From the NCBI GenBank assembly GCA_051313645.2, contig JBNRSN020000008.1, forward strand, positions 244,590,001 to 244,654,000: a stretch of DNA of 64,000 nucleotides, in the 5' to 3' direction. Under the pieces are notes generated by a model. The model was not told the origin of the DNA. It was given only the letters and a program-made list of their open reading frames with translations, and ran no database searches. Numbering within the stretch: position 1 is the stretch's first letter; each line of letters opens with the position of its first letter. Source of the stretch: Centroscyllium fabricii (Eukaryota). The position numbers were made by a program, and so were the translations under genes. Below are positions 36,834-48,943 of this stretch, piece by piece.

Positions 36834-36997
36834 CTGAGGAAACAAAATCACATTGAGGAGGAAGTAAAGAGAAACACTCAAACTCGACACAATATATACT
36901 TTTCTGAAGTGATAGTTAAACTTGATTTTATATGACAATCGCTTGCTGTCATGGTTTCTAATAACTAAAAGAAATGAGAGGAGAAAGTGATCCTCAC

Positions 36998-37049
36998 CCG
37001 CAGATATAAATAAGCAAACAGCTACCGCGGTAAGTGGCAATGTAACCAT
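36998..37049 (-). CDS. Signal-peptide (leader) exon, copy 2
   Basis: MVTLPLTAVAVCLFISA G|gtgag. Confidence 0.85.
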
Positions 37050-37325
37050 CCTCAGAGAGCAGCGCCAGTCCCTGTTACACTCGCTGACTGAGCCACTCTT
37101 CCTGGTCCACACAACACATCAGTTGAGTCATTTACAGAAGCGGCGATGCTGATTGGACCCAGTGCTGTTCACATGACTGGAAACATTTGCAGTAAGAGTC
37201 CATTCTAAAATGTTAAATGTCAGTACGAATTTGTGGAAATATACAGGGAATGGGAGGAAGAGTTAGTTTAACTTCAAGTGTTTAGATCTTTGCCCAGAAC
37301 CTAAAACAAAATGTCCATTATTTAG

Positions 37326-37380
37326 TGTGACTTCTTGCATTTGTCCACCCCAGTCCAACACCGGCACCTCCACATCATAG
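37326..37380 (+). mobile_element. 55-bp Penelope 3'-tail micro-insertion (shorter counterpart at 35378-35422)
   Basis: tgtgacttcttgcatttgtccaccccagtccaacaccggcacctccacatcatag matches the Penelope terminus; 11-bp TSD ccattatttag. Confidence 0.8.
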
Positions 37381-38272
37381 CCATTATTTAGCTGTCAGCG
37401 AAGGAATAGCGTCCCCCATTCATCAAGCTTACAGCTGCCCACAGTCTTTTCGTGGGCTTCTGACGGGCAATTTCCGGTTCCAAGAGATCTTTTTCAGTGT
37501 GGTGTACTCTGCCGGGATATGTGGCGTTTGTGAACGAGTCAAGCCACAGTGTGTCTCTTTAATCCATCAATGAAGATTCACTGAAACACGTAGGTGTCGA
37601 TTTTCCTTCAGGCGGGCTTTGAGGCGTGTGGGGGGTTAAAATCGCAAAAAGTGAGGGTCGTGACCCCCGGCCTGGTTCCCCACACTTAGCCATCTGATCG
37701 ACCCAATCAGTCCCACTGCAACAGGCGGGACTGGTCTTTAGAGACTTAATCTGTCATAGGTTGGCTGTTCCCCTTTAACTCATAGGTTGGCTCTTCCCCT
37801 TTAACTGGTTATCACCTCGTTAGCGCTACTGCCCGCACCTGATTGAACAGCCCAGATTCACCAGTGATAATCAAGAGCTGTATATAAGACCCTGCTTTCT
37901 ACCTAGTGGTTGCCAGATCGTTTGTTCTTTCTGACTGTGATACCTGTGTGTAGTTCTAGCTCTCTGATCCTGCCTGTTCGAGATACTGACCTGCTTTCTG
38001 GAATTTGGATTCTCTTCTGCCTGACCTCGTTTTGGATTTGTCGCTCTCGTGGACGGACTACCCGGTATTGACCTGTTTTTGGTATTTGGATTCTCTTCTG
38101 CCTGATCTCTGCTTTGGACTTGTTGCCTCCGTGAACTTTCTGCCGATACATTGACCCACTGTTACCTATGTCTTCAACTGCTCAGAAATAAAGGAGTTTA
38201 CTTCTACGTGGCTGTTTCGGTGTATTGCATTTGGGCCCAACCTACAACCGTTACACAACGATCTGGCCAGAA

Positions 38273-39241
38273 ATGGACCCAGCAGACACACCGGATCATC
38301 TTGCGCAGGTTGAGTGCGCCCTAAGGCACCAGGGGCAGACCTTGGGGAAGCTATATGCTCAAGTGGAGCAGCTAACCGCCGCCCTGATCAAGCGGGCAGC
38401 TTCGGATCCGGCAGGGACCACACCACCACCATTTCTTGCTCCAGCATCGGTGTCGGCACCCATGCCTCACCCACAAGGCCTCACACCCGAACCCCGGGTC
38501 GGGGTCCTGGAGCTTTATGCTGGTGAACCTGAGTAATGCAATCCCTTCCTCACTAACTGTTCCATTCTTTTTACATTGCAGCCCCACACCTTTGCCAATG
38601 AGGCGGCAAAGGTAGCCTTTGCTATTAACCACCTTACTGGAAGAGCTCGCCTCTGGGGAACCGCCGAGTGGGAGAGAGAGACTCTGGCTTGCTCTTCCTT
38701 CCAGATGTTTGCCATCGAATTAAGAAAGGTATTCGGCATGGTGACCTACGGCTCTGAAGCAGCTCGGGGAATCATGAATCTGAGCCAGGGTAATCAGACA
38801 GTGGCCGACTATTCCATAGATTTCCGAATCAGAGCTCGTCAGAGTGATTGGAACTCTGCTGCATTATGTGACGTTTTTCTCCATGGGCTTGCAGAGTACA
38901 TCAAGGATGAACTGGTCTCCTATGATCTCCCTTCCACCCTGGATGAACTAATTAGTCTTGCCACCAGGATTGACCTCCATATCCAGGCGCGTCGACGTGA
39001 GAGACGACTGGGAACGACTGGTCGACCTCCTCCGAAACAGTCCCAAGAGATTTTCGTGGCACCCAGGTCTACTGCGACAGCAAGGTCACAGTCTTTGGGG
39101 CCCGAACCGATGCAGTTGGGTCGCACCAGTCTCTCATTGGAGGAGCATGAACGACGCCGCCAGGGGAATCCCTGTCTGTACTGTGGGCAGGCCGGCCATT
39201 TTGTTTCCCGATGCCCAGCAAAAGGCCGGGCTCACCAGTAG
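38273..39241 (+). pseudogene. gag: Gag with CCHC knuckle; premature stop at 38534-38536
   Basis: MDPADTP..; [43 protein letters not shown]. Confidence 0.93.
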
Positions 39242-42200
39242 ATGGGGTCGTACTGGTGAGCCGAACTCCTACAAGACTCTCTCCCAATCCACGACCCTTG
39301 TGCCAGGCCAGACTTCTTCTTCCCAGTGGATCCCAGACTCTCGCCAACTTTATTGACTCTGGAGCCGATGTTAACATTATTGATGAGGATCTTGTCACAC
39401 AGCTGGAGATTGACCGGGTTCCACTGCCACAGCCGGTTCCTGCCAACGCCCTCGACAGTCACCTCCTGGGAACGGTGACACATCAGACCTCACTGGTTCA
39501 CATGCTTATGTCTGGTAATCATTATGAAAGTATTCAGTTTCATATCCTGAAATCACCTCGGCTTCCTTTGATTCTGGGACACACTTGGCTTCGCCGCCAC
39601 AACCCCCACATTGACTGGAACACGGGAACTATTCTGGGGTGGAGTTCCTCCTGTCACCAGGTCTGTCTGAAACAGGCTACCGTCTCCCAACAGCCATTAA
39701 CACCTCTTCCCGCTCCAGATCTTTCAGTGGTCCCCACTGAATACCACAATTTTAGGGAGGTATTCAGCAAGGCTAGAGCCACGTCGCTGCCCCCACAGCG
39801 CCGCTATGACTGCGCCATTGATCTGCTGCCAGGGTCTTCCCCACTCAAGGGACGCCTGTATTCCTTGTCTGCACCTGAGAGGGAGGCCATGGAAACATAC
39901 ATCAGCGACTCTATGGCGGCGGGGATCATCCGTTCCTCCTCATCACCTGCTGGGGCTGGATTCTTTTTTGTTGGTAAGAAGGACGGGTCGCTGCAACCAT
40001 GCATCGACTACAGGGGTCTAAATGACATCACGATAAAGAACGGGTATCCTCTTCCTCTCATCTCTTCTGCCTTTGAGTTGCTACAGGGGGCGATCATCTT
40101 TACCAAGCTTGACCTTCGTAACGCCTATCACTTGGTCCGGATCCGAGAGGGCGATGAATGGAAGACAGCTTTCAACACTCCCTCTGGTCATTATTAATAC
40201 CTCGTAATGCCGTTCGGGTTAACCAATGCCCCGGCGGTATTCCAATCCTTGGTGAATGACGTGTTAAGAGACATGCTGAATCGGTTTGTGTTCATTTACA
40301 TGGACGACATTTTGATTTTTTCTAAGTCTCGTGAGCAGCATGTTCACCATGTCCAGACTGTCCTGCAATGGCTTCTCGAGAACTCGTTATTTGTGAAGGC
40401 GGAGAAGTGTGAGTTTCACGTCACTACCGTATCTTTCTTGGGGTACATCATTGCGCAGGGGAGCGTGCAGATGGATCCAGAGAAGGTGGCAGCTGTCACG
40501 TCTTGGCCTATTCCGGAGACACGTAAACAGCTACAGCGGTTCCTGGGGTTCGCTAACTTCTATCGAAGGTTCATTCAAGGCTACAGCACGGTAGCGGCCC
40601 CGTTATCGGCCCTTACCTCCTCTACGGTGCCGTTTCTGTGGTCTTCTGCAGCGGAGGAGGCTTTTCGAGGTCTCAGGTCCCGGTTCACCTCTGCTCCCAT
40701 TCTCCAGGTGCCTGATCCGGATCAGCAGTTCGTGGTAGAGGTGGATGCATCAGATGTTGGAGTAGGGGCTATTCTGTCCCAACATTCTGCTTCCGACCAA
40801 AAGCTACATCCCTGTGCCTATTTTTCTAAACGCCTGTCCTCGGCTGAGATGAATTATGACATCGGGAACCGGGAGCTACTGGCGGTCAAGATGGCATTGG
40901 AGGAGTGGCGCCATTGGCTAGAGGGGACCAAGCTGCCATTCCTAGTCTGGACAGACCATAAGAACCTCGAATACATTCATACGGCCAAGAGGCTGAATTC
41001 ACAGCAGGCTAGGTGGTCCCTCTTCTTTACCCGTTTCAACTTCACCCTCTCCTACCGGCCTGGTTCTCGCAATTTCAAGCCTGATGCTCTGTCCCGCCAG
41101 TTCCAGAAGGAGGAGAGTTCCGCTCCTGGATCTGACCTCATCCTTCCAGCTCCATGTCTGATTGCTGCCGTTACGTGGGAGATCGAGGAGAGGTTGAGAT
41201 CAGCCGTGGAGAATCAGGCTGGACCCAGCGGTTGTCCTCCCGACCATCTATTCGTTCCCAGGGACCTTCGACCTGATGTTCTCCAGTGGGCCCATGCTTC
41301 CAAGCTTTCCTGCCATCCGGGGGCTCAAAGGACCAAGGAGGTTATACTGCGGAGGTTCTGGTGGGATACTCTGGAAGAAGACATCCGGGAGTTTGTCAAC
41401 GCCTGCTCGGTCTGCAACCAACACAAGCCGTCTCATCAGGCTCCCGCTGGTCTTCTGCAACCTCTGCCGGTGCCACATCGTCCTTGGTCCCACATATCCT
41501 TGGACTTTGTTACTGGTCTGCCTCCATCCAAGGGACTAACCACTATCCTGACAGTGGTGGACCGATTCAGCAAGATGGCTCATTTCATACCTTTGCCTAA
41601 ACTGCCCTCGGCGAAGGAGACGGCTGAACTTATGCTGCAACATGTTTTCCGTCTTCATGGTCTTCCTGTCGATGTAGTCTCTGATCGGGGTCCACAGTTT
41701 ACGTCAGTATTCTGGAGGGAGTTCTGCAGGCTGATCGGGGCCACAGTCAGTCTGTCTTCAGGTTTTCATCCGCAGTCCAACGGGCAGGCTGAATGCATGA
41801 ATCAGGAGATGGAGAAGGCCCTACGATGCATGGTCTCCCAGAATCCCTCTTCCTGGTCCCAGTTACTCCTGTGGGTAGAGTACGCCCACAACACCCTGAC
41901 CAGTTCCGCCACCGGACTCTCCCCGTTCCAGTGCGCCTATGGGTTCCAGCCCCCATTGTTTCCGGACCTGGAGAGGGAGGTTTCCTGTCCGTCTGACCAG
42001 TCATTTATTCATCGTTGTCGCCGGACATGGGCCCAGGCACGGACTTCATTGCTTCGCTCAGTGGACCGCTACTCTGCTGCTGCCAACCGTCGTCGCTCGG
42101 AGGCTCCGAACTATCAGGCTGGTCAGAAGGTGTGGCTCTCCACTAAGGACCTGCCCCTCCAGGTGGAGTCTAAGAAGCTAGCTCCCAGGTTTATCGGTCC

Positions 42201-42693
42201 CTTCGAGATCCAGAAGGTCATCAACCCAGCGGCAGTGAGACTCAAGCTTCCTTGATCCATGCGGGTTCATCCCACTTTTCATGTGTCGCAGGTCAAACCA
42301 GCACGAGAGAGTACATTGGTGCCTGTTGCCACGCCCCCTCCGCCTCCTCGTATGCTCGACGGCGGGTTGGTCTACACTGTTCGCCGCCTACTTCGCTCCT
42401 GTCGCCGAGGGAGAGGACTTCAGTACCTGGTGGACTGGGAGGGGTATGGTCCAGAGGAGAGGTCCTGGGTTCCTCCTCGTCACATTGTTGATCCTCAGCT
42501 TATAGCCGACTTCCACAGAAGGCATCCCGACCAGCCGAGTAGGAGGACTGCGCCCCCTGGGGAGTCTGGGCAAGGGCCCAGTTCCGTGCATTCTCCTGAA
42601 ACCCTGGACGAGGAGGTGCAATCCTCTGATGAGGAGAATTCTCTTCATTCAAGTGATGAAATGGACGTGGATGAGGGTCCTGAGGAATATTAG
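39211..42693 (+). pseudogene. pol: Pol (PR-RT-RNaseH-IN-chromodomain) in the -1 frame relative to gag; stops at 40195-40197 and 42253-42255
   Basis: [56 protein letters not shown] motif, chromodomain [23 protein letters not shown]. Confidence 0.96.
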
Positions 42694-43726
42694 TCCCTCC
42701 TCCGCACCCTCTCCCCCCACCCGACTCTGGCATTTGGGGTTTGGGACGTCGGGAGCCATCCCTTGAGGGGGGGTTCTGTCATAGGTTGGCTCTTCCCCTT
42801 TAACTCATAGGTTGGCTCTTCCCCTTTAACTGGTTATCACCTCGTTAGCTCTACTGCCCGCACCTGATTGAACAGCCCAGATTCACCAGTGATAATCAAG
42901 AGCTGTATATAAGACCCTGCTTTCTACCTAGTGGTTGCCAGATCGTTTGTTCTTTCTGACTGTGATACCTGTGTGTAGTTCTAGCTCTCTGATCCTGCCT
43001 GTTCGAGATACTGACCTGCTTTCTGGAATTTGGATTCTCTTCTGCCTGACCTCATTTTGGATTTGTCGCTCTCGTGGACGGACTACCCGGTATTGACCTG
43101 TTTTTGGTATTTGGATTCTCTTCTGCCTGATCTCTGTTTTGGACTTGTTGCCTCCGTGAACTTTCTGCCGATACATTGACCCACTGTTACCTATGTCTTC
43201 TACTGCTCAGAAATAAAGGAGTTTACTTCTACGTGGCTGTTTCGGTGTATTGCATTTGGGCCCAACCTACAACCGTTACATAATCAGCACACGGCCATTT
43301 TTAAAGGCCCTTGCTATTTTACCCCTTTTCCCAAGTAAAACAGGCCTGGTGGGAATCACGCCTGTGAATCCTGGCATGAGCACTATTGGCTTTCTGACTA
43401 TCAGCTGCAGGTCAACCAGAAAATGACGACGTCATATTCGGAGACTTATTGACAGGAAATTGTCAATTGCCAAGGTTTCCCACACATTGGAAATCAATTG
43501 GCCAATTGAGTTAAAATTGCATCAATCTCACAGACCCATTTAGATTTGTGTGGGAAGCTCGACATTCGGGAAACCCAACAATTCCCCGCACCTGAGGGAA
43601 AATCGAGGCCGTAGAGTCTAAACCAGGAAGTATGAATTAGAATATTTAATTCCTTGTAAAATCATGCACAGAAAGAGAAATAAAACATTAGTTTGACCCC
43701 AGTTGGAATATGACACCTATTCTGGG

Positions 43727-43916
43727 GTGGCCCTGGAGATGGAGCACGCGGTGTCCACCGGCATGCTTGAGGCTATCCGCAACCGGTGGGCGCCGCGGGG
43801 CTGGAGTGCATCATCAATTCGGACAATGACATTTTAATTTAATTTGTTGAGGTTTATTTTATTTAAAGTTTTATTAAGTTACAGTTTAGTTGGTTATGCA
43901 CCCACCAAAAAAGAGT
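43727..43916 (+). mobile_element. 3' fragment of an L1/Tx1-like LINE inserted in a CR1 remnant
   Basis: Coding end VALEMEHAVSTGMLEAIRNRWAP, T-rich UTR and A tail; degenerate direct repeat acacctattctggg / acactaattctggg. The family assignment is from recollection only. Confidence 0.55.
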
Positions 43917-46900
43917 ACACTAATTCTGGGCACCATGCTTTAGAAAGGATGTGAAGATTTTGAAGAGGGAGGGAGTGGGTCATTTTGGAACTATTTATTC
44001 TCCTAGTCCTTATAATTCTTCTGAAAATACATCCAAAGTGGGAGACGCAAAGCAGTATATTTTTAATTTGCAGTCAGTTCTGGGCCATTAACTCCTCTGT
44101 CTATTGATTTAACCTGCTCTTCAATTACAAGAAATAAAGTAGGAAACTCGGCACTTCCACTGATCGGAGCACCAGGCCTACGCAGTACGTTTCCGCACAT
44201 GCTGCACCCTGTGGAATCCGTGCGTAATTACGTTGCCCTCGAGAACGCAGCATCAGAGAATAAGTTCATGAAGGTGGGTCCCATCAGGTAAGTTCATATT
44301 CTATTCTGTTGCCGACTGCAAAATCTGCACCATTTTCTCTTTTTTAAATCTCCAACAATAATTAAATTCTGAGGGAATGAGACTCAGCACTTCTAAAATT
44401 CGATATTTGGTGCCAGAGAGGTTGTTTGGCAGTAATTAAGACTTATCATGCCATTCACTTACACCTGAATGCAGCAGCCCTAAATGTTTCTGATGTATTT
44501 AATGGGTAACTAGTGGGTAAGCTTCACATCAGAGACAGAAGTGTTCACAATTAGTTTGGAGGTAACTTCCATATCTCCACTTCTTGAGCACTCTGCCTCT
44601 GAAGATAACAAATAACCCTGAATGGGTGGAGTCCGAATTTTTGAAAGGCAAATCATGACATACTGTGATTTTTGATGTCTGCAGATAAATTCTTAGAATT
44701 GCTGGGTCTCTTGCTACGCCATTATAGTGATCTGGGGTGTTATGATTGGGGATGTCCACCAGGTGGTGCTGCAGCTATTGTATACTGTCTGAGGGTCAAA
44801 GGGCAGCCAATGGCGGGAAACTCCAGGGTCTTCTATGTTGTATTTAAACTGTACAGACACAAAATAAAGTATCTCATTTTGTTACTGTTCTGATGCCTCT
44901 TCGAGTCCTGCTTTCGCAATCGGGGATATTACATTGGCGACGAGATAAAAACAAAGAACCCAGAAGAATAAAAAGTCGAACAGGACTTTTGGAAAAGAAA
45001 AAAAAATAACAAACTCACAAGCTAAAGCTGCTGCAATTTGGACATGAGCATGGCTACCAAGGTAGGAACGGTCTCTGCTTTTGATATGCAAGCACAAACC
45101 TGGGAGGAATTCTGTGAAGTGTTGGGTTATTTCTTTGAGGAAAATGAAATAAACGATGCCGGAAATAGGAGAGCAATTCTATTGAGCTCTGTAGGAAGCC
45201 AGACCTATAGTTTGCTGAAGAATCTTCTCAGTCCTGAAAAGCCTGGTGACAAATCAATGGTTGAATTAGTGGCCTTATTAAAAGAACATTTCAACCCCAA
45301 GCCGAGTGAAATTGTACAAGGGTTCAAGTTTAATTCGAGGAACAGGGACGAGGAAGAGAGTGTACTGGCATATGTTGCAGCGTTGTGCAAATTAGCACGA
45401 GATTGCAATGATGGAAACAACCTGAAGGAAATGCTGAGAGATAGGCTAGTCTGCGGAATAATGGACGACCGAATACAGCGTAGATTATTATCCGAGACTG
45501 GGCTTAAATATGAAAAAGCATTGGAACTTGCTCAAGCCTTCGAGACAGTGAACAGAGATGTAAAAGAAATACAGGGTTCAGACAGAGCTAATGCTAAGCC
45601 AGTAGCAGATCTGGTTATTGTGCACAAGTTAAACATGCGTCAGAAACCACAATGGGAGCATGTAAAGGCATGTTACAGATGCAAGGGTGATCACCTAGCG
45701 AGGGAATGCAGGTTTCGGGAGGAAAAGTGCCACAAGTGTGGGAAACAAGGACACATAAAACAAGCATGCCGGGCAAAATCACCTGTGGAGAAAAACCTAA
45801 GAGGAGAAGTGAAAAAACATGGAGCACACCACATCAGCGGGGAAGCTGAGGAAGAAGAGGACATGTTCACAATGTTAGAGAACATCCCAAAAGTGGCTCC
45901 TATCACATTGCAACTGACAGTAAATGACGCTAAGGTGAACTTTGAAGTTGACACAGGGTGCGGGGTAACCATAATGAACAGGGCAGAGTACTCAAAATTG
46001 GGTAACCGTACAAAAGTTCCAGAGCTAGAGTCTTGCTCTCAGTGTCTTAAAACATATACAGGTGAACATGTAGTGATTCTATGACATTAGGTGTAGCTAA
46101 TGTAACGGTGCAACACAGGGACATGGTGGAACTGTAGTTATAGTATTGGGTACCGGCCCAAACCTGTTAGGTTGGGGCTGGATAAAAAATCTTAAATTGA
46201 ACTGGGGAGCAGTAAATCAAATAGATGAAGACAAACAGTTGACCTTGCAAGAAGTGTTGAGTGAACAGGAGAATGTGTTCAAGGAGGAACTGGGCATATT
46301 TAAGGGCCCCCCAGCTAAGATTTATGGTGTACAAGGAGGCACTGCCAAGGTTTTTTAAACAACGACCTGTGCCTTATGCCATGAAACCAAAGGTAGAGGT
46401 TGAATTTGACCGTCTATTGAGAGAGAACATACTGGAACCAGTGAAATGTTCAGAATGGGCAGCTCCCATAGTACCTGTTCGGTAAGGCTCTGTGGAGATT
46501 ATAAATTGACAGTCAATCGGGTGTCCAAACTTGAGCAGTATCCGATTCCTAAAACAGGATCGCTTTGCAAACCTGGCCGGAGGAAAGAAATTCACGAAGT
46601 TGGATATGAGTCATGCATACTTCCAGATTACACTGGATGATTAATCGAAGAAGTATGTTAATATAAATACCCATAAGGGCTTGTTTACATATAACCGCTT
46701 ACCGTTTGGTGTCTCATTCAGTCCAGGTATCTTCCAGAGGGCAATCGAAGGTGGACTGCAAGGGATCCCACATGTTTCCATCTATCTGGATGACATTCTG
46801 GTGACGGGAAGAACCGACCAGGAGCATCTGAGCACTTTGAGAGAGGTACTACAGAGATTGGAGAATGCAGGGTTACGGCTCAAGAGGAGTAAGTGCACCT

Positions 46901-47985
46901 TCCTGGGGAAGGAGGCAGTGTTCTTGGGACACAGAGTGGATGCCACCGGGCTCCACCCAATCAAGGAGAAGGTACAAGCACTCCAGGAAGCCCCTGCTCC
47001 TACAAATGTGGCTGAGTTAAAGGCCTACCTGGGACTGCTGAACTATTATAACAGGTTTTTGCCAAATTTGTCAACAGTGTTAGCACCTCTTCACAAACTA
47101 CTGCGCAAGGAGACACAGTAGCAGTGGGGAGAGGAGCAGGGGGTTTCATTTGAACAGTCCAAGAAACTGATGCTGTTGGCGGATGTGCTGGTTCACCACA
47201 ATGAAGAGAAAGACATTATTCTCTCTTGTGATGCTTCAGCTTACGGGGTGGGGGCAGTTCTTTCACACCGCATGGAAGATGGAATTGAAAGCCCAATAGG
47301 GTTCATGTCACGAACCCAAACACCAGCGGAAAAAAAACTATTCCCAGTCAGAGAAAGATGGGTTAGCAGTAATGTTTGGGTTACAGAGGTTCCACAAGTA
47401 TGTATATGGCAGGAAATTTACCATATGCACTGATCATAAACCTCTTATCTCTCTTTTCAATGAAATGAAAGCAGTTCCACAATTGGTGTCTCCCCGGATC
47501 CAGAGGTGGGCAGTGATGTTGAGGGCATATAAATAGGTTATCATCTACAAGGCGGGCAAGTACTATGGGAACGCAGATGCCTTGAGGCATCTTCCACTGC
47601 CAGGCACACCTATCTAGGCAGCTCCAGAGGACAGAGTTTTAATGTTCGGGGACACTGACATGGCACTGGTGACTGCAGAACAAGTTAGAACATGGACAGG
47701 TAAAGATACAGTACTGTCTAGAGTTCGAGAATATGTGGTGAGGGGATGGCCACAGCATCCGGAAGGGACTGACTTCACATCCTACAGTGTCAGGAAAACA
47801 GAGCTGAGTGTGCAGGATGGCTGCATGTTGTGGGGAGCACGAGCGATTATTCCACAGTCAGCACGACAGTCTATCCTAAAGCAACTACATCAGTGTCATC
47901 CGGGGGTCTCGCATACGAAAGCCTTGGCTAGGAGTTACTTGTGGTGGCCAAAGCTAGATGAGGAGATAGAAAATCTAGTCAAGAC

Positions 47986-48296
47986 GGCACGGTGGCATAG
48001 TGGTTAGCACTGTTGCCTCACAGCGCCAGGGCTCGGGTTCAAATCCGGCCTCGGGTGACTCTCTGTGTGGAGTTTGCACATTCTCCCCGTGTCTGCATGG
48101 GTTTCCTCCGGGTGCTCCAGTTTCCTCCCACAGTCCAAAGATGTGCGGGTTAGGTTGATTGGCCAGGATAAATTGACCCTTAGTGTTAAGGGGATTAAAA
48201 TATGGGGTTACGGGGATCAGGTGGGATATGTGTCGGTGCAGGCTCGATGGGCCGAAATGGCCTCTATCTGCACTGTAGGGATTCTATGATTCTATG
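47986..48296 (+). mobile_element. tRNA-derived SINE with CR1-type tail (HE1-like elasmobranch SINE)
   Basis: A box tggcatagtgg, B box ggttcaaatcc, core gtgtggagtttgcacattctccccgtgtctgc, tail gattctatgattctatg; TSD aagac. Confidence 0.92.
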
Positions 48297-48943
48297 AAGA
48301 CATGCAACACTTGTCAGGGACACAGGAAGGCACCAGCAGCGGCTCCTCTCCACCCATGGGAGTGGCCGGATAAACCATGGAGAAGATTGCACTCAGATTA
48401 TGCATGTCCATCCAGGGGGAAGATGTTCCTCATAATCATTGATGCACATTCCAAATGGATTGATGTTTATCCTGTAAATTCTGCTTCCTCCACTACTACT
48501 ATAGACTGCCTACATCAGAGCTTCAGTAATCAAGGGCTACCGGAGATCATGGTAAGTGACAATGCCACTTGTTTTGTGAGTACCGAGATAAAGGATTTCA
48601 TGAGGAAGAATGGTATAGTGCAGGTGACCTCGGCTCCATATCATCCGTCCTCAAATGGACTTGCGGAGAGAGCTGTACAGACCTTCAAAGAAATGATGAA
48701 GAAAAGTGCAGAATGGAGTTTAGCAGCCAAAGTGTCATGGGTTTTGGTCAGCTACAGAATAACACCTCAATCCACCACAGGACTCTCTCCTGCTGAGATG
48801 TTATTAGGTCGTAGACTACGCTCCACTCTGGACCTTGTCCACCCAGACCTAAAAAGGAAAATTGAAAACAGACAAATCAAACATAAAGAGAACCATGACA
48901 AAAGAATGAAGTGCCAATGTTTTGGAGAAGGAGATGCGGTCCT

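Larger units (their letters stand above)
34093..37740. repeat. ~1.95-kb tandem duplication (copy 1 ~34093-35780, copy 2 ~36029-37740)
   Basis: Collinear Harbinger end, hammerhead, CR1 tail, N exon, leader exon, promoter and MITE start in both copies; roughly 95% identical by eye. Confidence 0.95.
37752..43280 (+). mobile_element. Full-length chromovirus-type (Tf1/sushi-like) Gypsy LTR retrotransposon; LTRs 37752-38255 and 42777-43280
   Basis: 504-bp TG..CA LTRs with about 5 differences; TSD taatc; TATA at 37881; AATAAA; PPT gagggggg before the 3' LTR; gag-pol with chromodomain. Confidence 0.98.
37593..43610. mobile_element. MITE (~490 bp) split by the Gypsy insertion
   Basis: TIR ggtgtcgattttccttcagg / cctgagggaaaatcgaggcc; TSD gta (37590-37592, 43611-43613). 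Confidence 0.8.

Noticed and set aside
38273-42693. Domesticated PEG10/RTL1-like gene
   Set aside because: Retains both LTRs, TSD and integrase, and has nonsense codons.
47986-48060. tRNA gene
   Set aside because: The A/B boxes belong to a SINE head followed by core, LINE-like tail and TSD.
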